A stretch of 33,166 bases of DNA from the NCBI GenBank assembly GCA_038131935.1, contig JAYPQH010000028.1, positions 1 to 33,166 on the forward strand, in the 5' to 3' direction. The position numbers and the translations under genes are program-made. Shown here one piece after another: positions 28,792 to 33,166 of this stretch; within the stretch, counting starts at the first letter, position 1, and every line of letters begins with the position of its first letter. The notes under the pieces were generated by a model. That model did no database searches and was not told the origin of the DNA. It saw only the letters and a list, made by a program, of their open reading frames with translations. Source of the stretch: Alphaproteobacteria bacterium. GTDB taxonomy: Bacteria; Pseudomonadota; Alphaproteobacteria; UBA8317.

Positions 28792-30281
28792 CTAACGCGA
28801 CCAAGCTGCGGGACCAAGTTGATGTATACTTTCCCCAGCTTGGTTCACCCCCACCATAACGGGCATATCCTCGACGTAAAACTCATAGATAGCCTCCATA
28901 CCTAAATCCTCATAAGCGACACATCGTGCAGTTTTAATCGCTTTTGAAACCAAGTAGGCGGCACCACCAATAGCAATCAAATAAAGCGCATTAAATTCGC
29001 GTATAGCTGCGATGGCTTCAGGCCCTCTCTCCGCTTTCCCAATCATAATTTTGAGCCCTGCATCTTTCAGCATATCTCTGGTGAATTTATCCATCCTTGT
29101 AGATGTTGTCGGGCCTGCGGGACCAATAACTTCGTCTCCCACTGGGTTCACAGGACCCACATAGTAAATAGCTTTATCCTGCAAATTTACAGGTAAAGCC
29201 TGTCCAGAATTTAAGGTTTCAACCATCCTTTTATGGGCTGCGTCACGTCCTGTGTACAAATGCCCAGTTATCAACAACATATCACCAGGCTGCAAACCCG
29301 CTAATATGTCATGATCTAGGTTATCAAGATCAATTTTTTTTGATTTTGCATCTGTATGATCCAAAACTATGTCAGGATAATGATTTCTCTCAGGTACATC
29401 AAAATAAGCTGGGCCAGACCCATCTAATACAAATGAAACCTGCCTCGTTGCTGCACAATTGGGTATCATCGCCACAGGCATAGAGGCTGCATGTGTTGGT
29501 AGATGTTGAATTTTGACATCCAACACAGATGTCATTCCTCCCAAACCTTGAGCCCCAATTCCAAGCGCATTTACCCTTTGGAATATTTCCAAACGAAGTT
29601 CCTCAATGTTATTTTGGGGACCTCTTGCTTGAATTTCCAGCATATTTAGAGGCTCTGAAAGGGCTTTTTTTGCCAAAAGCATCGCTTTATCCGAACTACC
29701 ACCACCCCAATACCAAGATAGCCTGGTGGACACCAACCTGCGCCCAAAGTCTTCATCTGTTCAACAACCCAATCAGCGACATTATCCGAAGGATTTAGCA
29801 CCACAAACTTAGCCTTGTTTTCTGACCCACCGCCTTTTGCAGAGCAAAAAATTTCAACCTTGTCGCCAGGAACCAATTCTACATGTAACATCGCTGGACT
29901 GTTGTCACCGGTGTTACGACGGCTGAATAAAGGATCTTCAATAACTGATGCTCTAAGAGGATTGAGTTTATCGGTAAATGCTTGCCGTACCCCCTCATCG
30001 ACAGCATCCTGTAAACTTCCCTGAAGCTCCCAAGTGACGCCCAAACCAATTTTCATGAAAACATTAGCGATCCCTGTATCTTGGCAAATAGGGCGCTGAC
30101 CTATTGCACACATCCGAGAATTCACGAGAATTTGCCCAATAGCCATCTTAGCAGCAACACTTTTCTCCTGCTCATAAGCAGCAGACATAGCTTTTACAAA
30201 ATCAACAGAGTGATTGTAGGAAACAAACTGGAAGGCCCTGTAAATACTCTCAACAAGATCGCGTTGTTTGATATGTGTCAT
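28792..30281 (-). CDS. fumA: Class I (Fe-S) fumarate hydratase, ~496 aa, one indel at ~29705
   Basis: PICQDTG, KGGGSENK, GWCPPG, GIGAQGLGG, PNCAATR, GRDAAH, GPTTSTRMD, DLGMEAI; GAGGT RBS before MTHIKQ. Confidence 0.92.
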
Positions 30282-30671
30282 GATTACCTCGAAACAATCT
30301 ATTTTCCAAAACTTTAGAATGCTAGGCGCGCTGATACCAGAGCACAAACAAAAGGAGTTGGACATTATTTGGTGCTCTATAGCGTTGCACAATACACTAC
30401 GCTACAAACCTTCATCAAAATGAGGTATTACTGAACGCGGTTACAAATTCCTATTTGATAACGAGATCCATGAGATCTTCATGATTGAAGCTCTTAAAGG
30501 AAACATTCTCGTTCAATGATTGAGATAGAGCCGGATCAACTTCGTTAATTCTAAATTTTTTCCATGTGCTTCGCTTGATGTCTTCCCATTTATTTTTTGA
30601 GATTGCATGAGCAGTGAAACACTGCCGCTCATGTTTGCCCAAAAATTTGGACCATCAAAGACAAACCGTTT

Positions 30672-30933
30672 CTATCGGTAAATATTTTTTTGCGGTGCGA
30701 AATTTTTATAATTTCAATCACGATTTCTTGCTCAATGATGGTGTAAATCGCGCGATATTGCCCCACGCGTATTCTCCATGCATCCCGTCCTGTTAATGGC
30801 TTTAAATTTATCGGGCCTGGGTCTTTTGCAAGATGCTCTAAAGCATTCAATATTCTAACACATCTTACTTTGGGAGGGATCGTAAGTCTTTTTTAACCGG
30901 CGACTTGAAACGGATGTTATATAATTCCGTCAT
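30672..30933 (-). pseudogene. RelE/ParE-family toxin, disrupted
   Basis: MTELYNIRFKSPVKKDLRSLPK, then stop/frameshift at ~30866, then RILNALEHLAKDP..LTGRDAWRIRVGQYRAIY..IIKISHRK; typical end NIYR-stop is out of frame at an A7 run. Confidence 0.75.
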
Positions 30934-31150
30934 TCTTCAGTTCACTTACAAAGCTCGAATAGTCCATTGACGGCTCATTTTTGCGCGCATCATATTAAGC
31001 AATATCTTCGGCATCTTCAGAAATCAGCAAAGCGATAGCTTCATTGACAATGTCAGAAACCGATCGATTTTCTTGTGCAGCCTTGAGCCTAAGTGCTTTG
31101 CGCAAGTTTGGATCAAAGTAAATTGTGGAGCGTTGAGATAATTGAGCCAC
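30917..31150 (-). pseudogene. CopG/ribbon-helix-helix antitoxin with internal stop, absent from ORF track
   Basis: MAQLSQRSTIYFDPNLRKALRLKAAQENRSVSDIVNEAIALLISEDAEDIA*YDARKNEPSMDYSSFVSELKNDGII; in-frame TAA at 30995-30997; overlaps the toxin start. Confidence 0.8.
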
Positions 31151-31176
31151 GATAACACCCCTTTCCTACAGATGTC

Positions 31177-31205
31177 GCCATAACGCTAAAACGCTATAGC
31201 GTCAA
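31177..31205 (-). promoter_or_regulatory. Sigma70-like TA promoter with overlapping operator repeats
   Basis: TTGACG-N17-TATGGC on - strand; perfect palindrome ACGCTATAGCGT at 31191-31202 plus a further ACGCTA copy at 31183-31188. Confidence 0.65.
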
Positions 31206-31576
31206 TTTTTGATCGCTATCCCTTTGCACATCGTTTTTGCGCCGTTTTTTCCTTCAATGATAACTACACTTACAGGATGGCTTAGTTGAATATCCTGTAT
31301 GTATCAGTAACAGGCTCTATACATCCGAAGATGCCCCATGAAGATCCGAACACAGATCACGCTGGCAGTGGGTGTTAGGGACGACATGCAGTTGATACCG
31401 AGCTACCATTTAACAACAGGCCCTTTTTGTCATAAAGCGCCTAAACAAAAATCGGCAGGAGTGGGAATGCAACGCTTGGATGCGACTGCTGTAGATGTAA
31501 ATAGAGTTCGAAAACCAAAAGGGGTTTCCGATTAGAGCTTTGCTACTCGTGGGTTCAGTGATATAGGTTTTGGTAT

Positions 31577-31650
<74 letters not shown>

Positions 31651-31845
31651 TATTTATTCAAAAATATTTTAAAATCAATGTAGAATTCTCTATAATAAAT
31701 TTTGACACGGTCACTTCACTGGGCACAGAAATATAACGTTTGCATGAACTGGTAAGGGTGTACTTGCTGGAAAGCGTAACAAAATTAATATGTTCGAACT
31801 GCGCAAATGGCGATACCAGATATTTTTTAGGAATACTTTTGCCCA

Positions 31846-31986
31846 CCCCGAGAAGCAACTGAGCTACAACTTGCACACAAATTTGGATCAGACGTGGAGC
31901 ACGCATATCATAGGACGCGCCTGCTAACCCAACGTGCTGAACTGCTTGAGATGTGGTATGGGTTTTCGTGGGGTAAGACAAGATAA
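31846..31986 (+). pseudogene. C-terminal remnant of a P4-type tyrosine integrase
   Basis: Hand translation PREATELQLAHKFGSDVEHAYHRTRLLTQRAELLEMWYGFSWGKTR*, matching ExxLAH..VExAYxR...R..L..W with catalytic His and Tyr; in-frame stop just upstream. Confidence 0.8.
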
Positions 31987-32421
31987 TGCCTGTTGTTCTC
32001 ATCATTGAAATAAGGTGTCTATTCAATGAACTGAATTGCTCGGATGGTAATTCAGTAAATTTAATTCCAGGTGCTATTAACACGCGTGAAAAGCACAAGG
32101 TTAGTCCAACAAAGCAGTGTTTTGTCATTTATACGGCATTAATAGCCATTCCAAACACCGTATTTATAACAAGCTTTGCTCGACGAATTTCTCATCATAT
32201 CATTGCAAAGTCTATCACATTGATAGAACAATGCCCAACAAGTAGGTCGTTAGTTTTAGCTCCCATAAGTTCACACGTCATTAGCATTCCCCTGAATCGC
32301 TCTTTGTATGATATGCTGTTTCGTTAGCTTATCATTTTGCTAGATGTTCATATTTTTCCACGTTTCTTATTGTTCCATTTAGATCGGCAGCTTGATAGGA
32401 AACTATACTGGGGGTGCACAC

Positions 32422-32649
32422 ATGCTTAAAACACCACTCAGTTTCAGCTTCACCGATCTTTTCGCCGGTATAGGAGTTTTACGCATTGGCTTTGAAGCAA
32501 TTGGTGGAACCAATGTGTCGTGTAGCAAGTGGAACCGCTTCTCACGAGAAACCTACGCTGCGAATTTGGGTGACCACCATCCACTCAATGTGAGATATCA
32601 CGGAAATTCAGCTGATCAAAGATCCCAGCTCACGAAGTCCTGCTTTTAA
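32422..32649 (+). pseudogene. N-terminal fragment of a Dcm-like C5 cytosine methyltransferase
   Basis: Motif I FTDLFAGIG, GFEAIGG, TYAAN; DITEI and IPAHEVLL continue in shifted frames; sequence ends before catalytic GFPCQ. Confidence 0.8.
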
Positions 32650-32791
32650 TCTAAAACACAGGTTTATTCTCGAATAATTGCGTATCCATTCGACTTTCAA
32701 TGTGTGATGTATTTTAAATAACTGTCGAAGTGTAATATCACATTATAGAATCGAACAGCACCGTTTTATTAAATAAAAAGAAAGTAAAAAC

Positions 32792-33166
32792 TTGAAAATA
32801 CAATTTATATTTAACCTCATAAATCTTTTCAAATTGGCATTATTTCGCCCTTGTGACATGCAAGTAGCGGCACTATGTTTTCGAACGTTAGAGAATAATA
32901 AAAATGAATTCCTACTCATAACGAGTCGTGATACTGGCCGGTGGATTCTCCCCAAAGGCTGGCCAATTGACGGGAAAAGCGACCTTCAAGCTGCGCTACA
33001 AGAAGCATGGGAAGAAGCTGGCGTCTACACTTATAAAGCATTTGATAGTCCCGTAGGGCATTATTTTTATCAAAAAAGAATCAAGGCAGGCCTTAAGATC
33101 GACGGTAAAAGCAACGGTGTATGCTGTTGAAGTAAAGAAAATGAAAAAGAGATGTAATACGGCAAC
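32792..33166 (+). CDS. NUDIX hydrolase (DIPP/Ap6A-like), start uncertain, frameshifted near 33110 and 3'-partial
   Basis: QVAALCFR, LLITSRDTGRWILPKGWP, Nudix box AALQEAWEEAGV. Confidence 0.82.

Noticed and set aside
30451-30642. 63-aa - strand ORF and hairpin at 30606-30633
   Set aside because: No recognisable motif or RBS; hairpin lacks a U tract; could be a remnant but cannot be supported.
31658-32327. ORFs 31658..32128 (-) and 31986..32327 (+)
   Set aside because: No motifs; the first is antisense to the integrase remnant.

Overview
Chromosomal segment of an alphaproteobacterium, probably marine/free-living (inferred from gene content). Many single-base homopolymer indels look like unpolished long-read errors. 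1-12308 (-): the conserved zf-CHCC, polA, chvI, chvG, hprK, rapZ, EIIA(Man), HPr, EI, ahcY, tsaE, amgK, murU cluster. 12414-21732: a YadG-like ABC ATPase, then an accessory block of envelope genes that is the best candidate for an undescribed system. Its + arm holds a divergent MlaA/VacJ-like protein, a membrane-anchored protein with a possible degenerate MCE domain, an apparent single-chain ABC ATPase-MlaE permease fusion, two small membrane proteins and a bacterial PH-like protein. Its convergent - arm holds a small exported Cys-pair protein, a TPR protein, an orphan TAXI-like binding protein and a hidden frameshifted helical protein. 22018-26987: Pho-box-led ugpBAECQ operon. Then an alpha/beta hydrolase, an SDR and a class I fumarase. 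30672-33166: a decayed mobile-element hotspot around tRNA-Arg(CCG) with a broken RHH/RelE toxin-antitoxin pair, a P4-type integrase C-terminal remnant, a truncated C5 DNA methyltransferase and a partial NUDIX gene. All family calls are from motifs read by eye; no searches were run.
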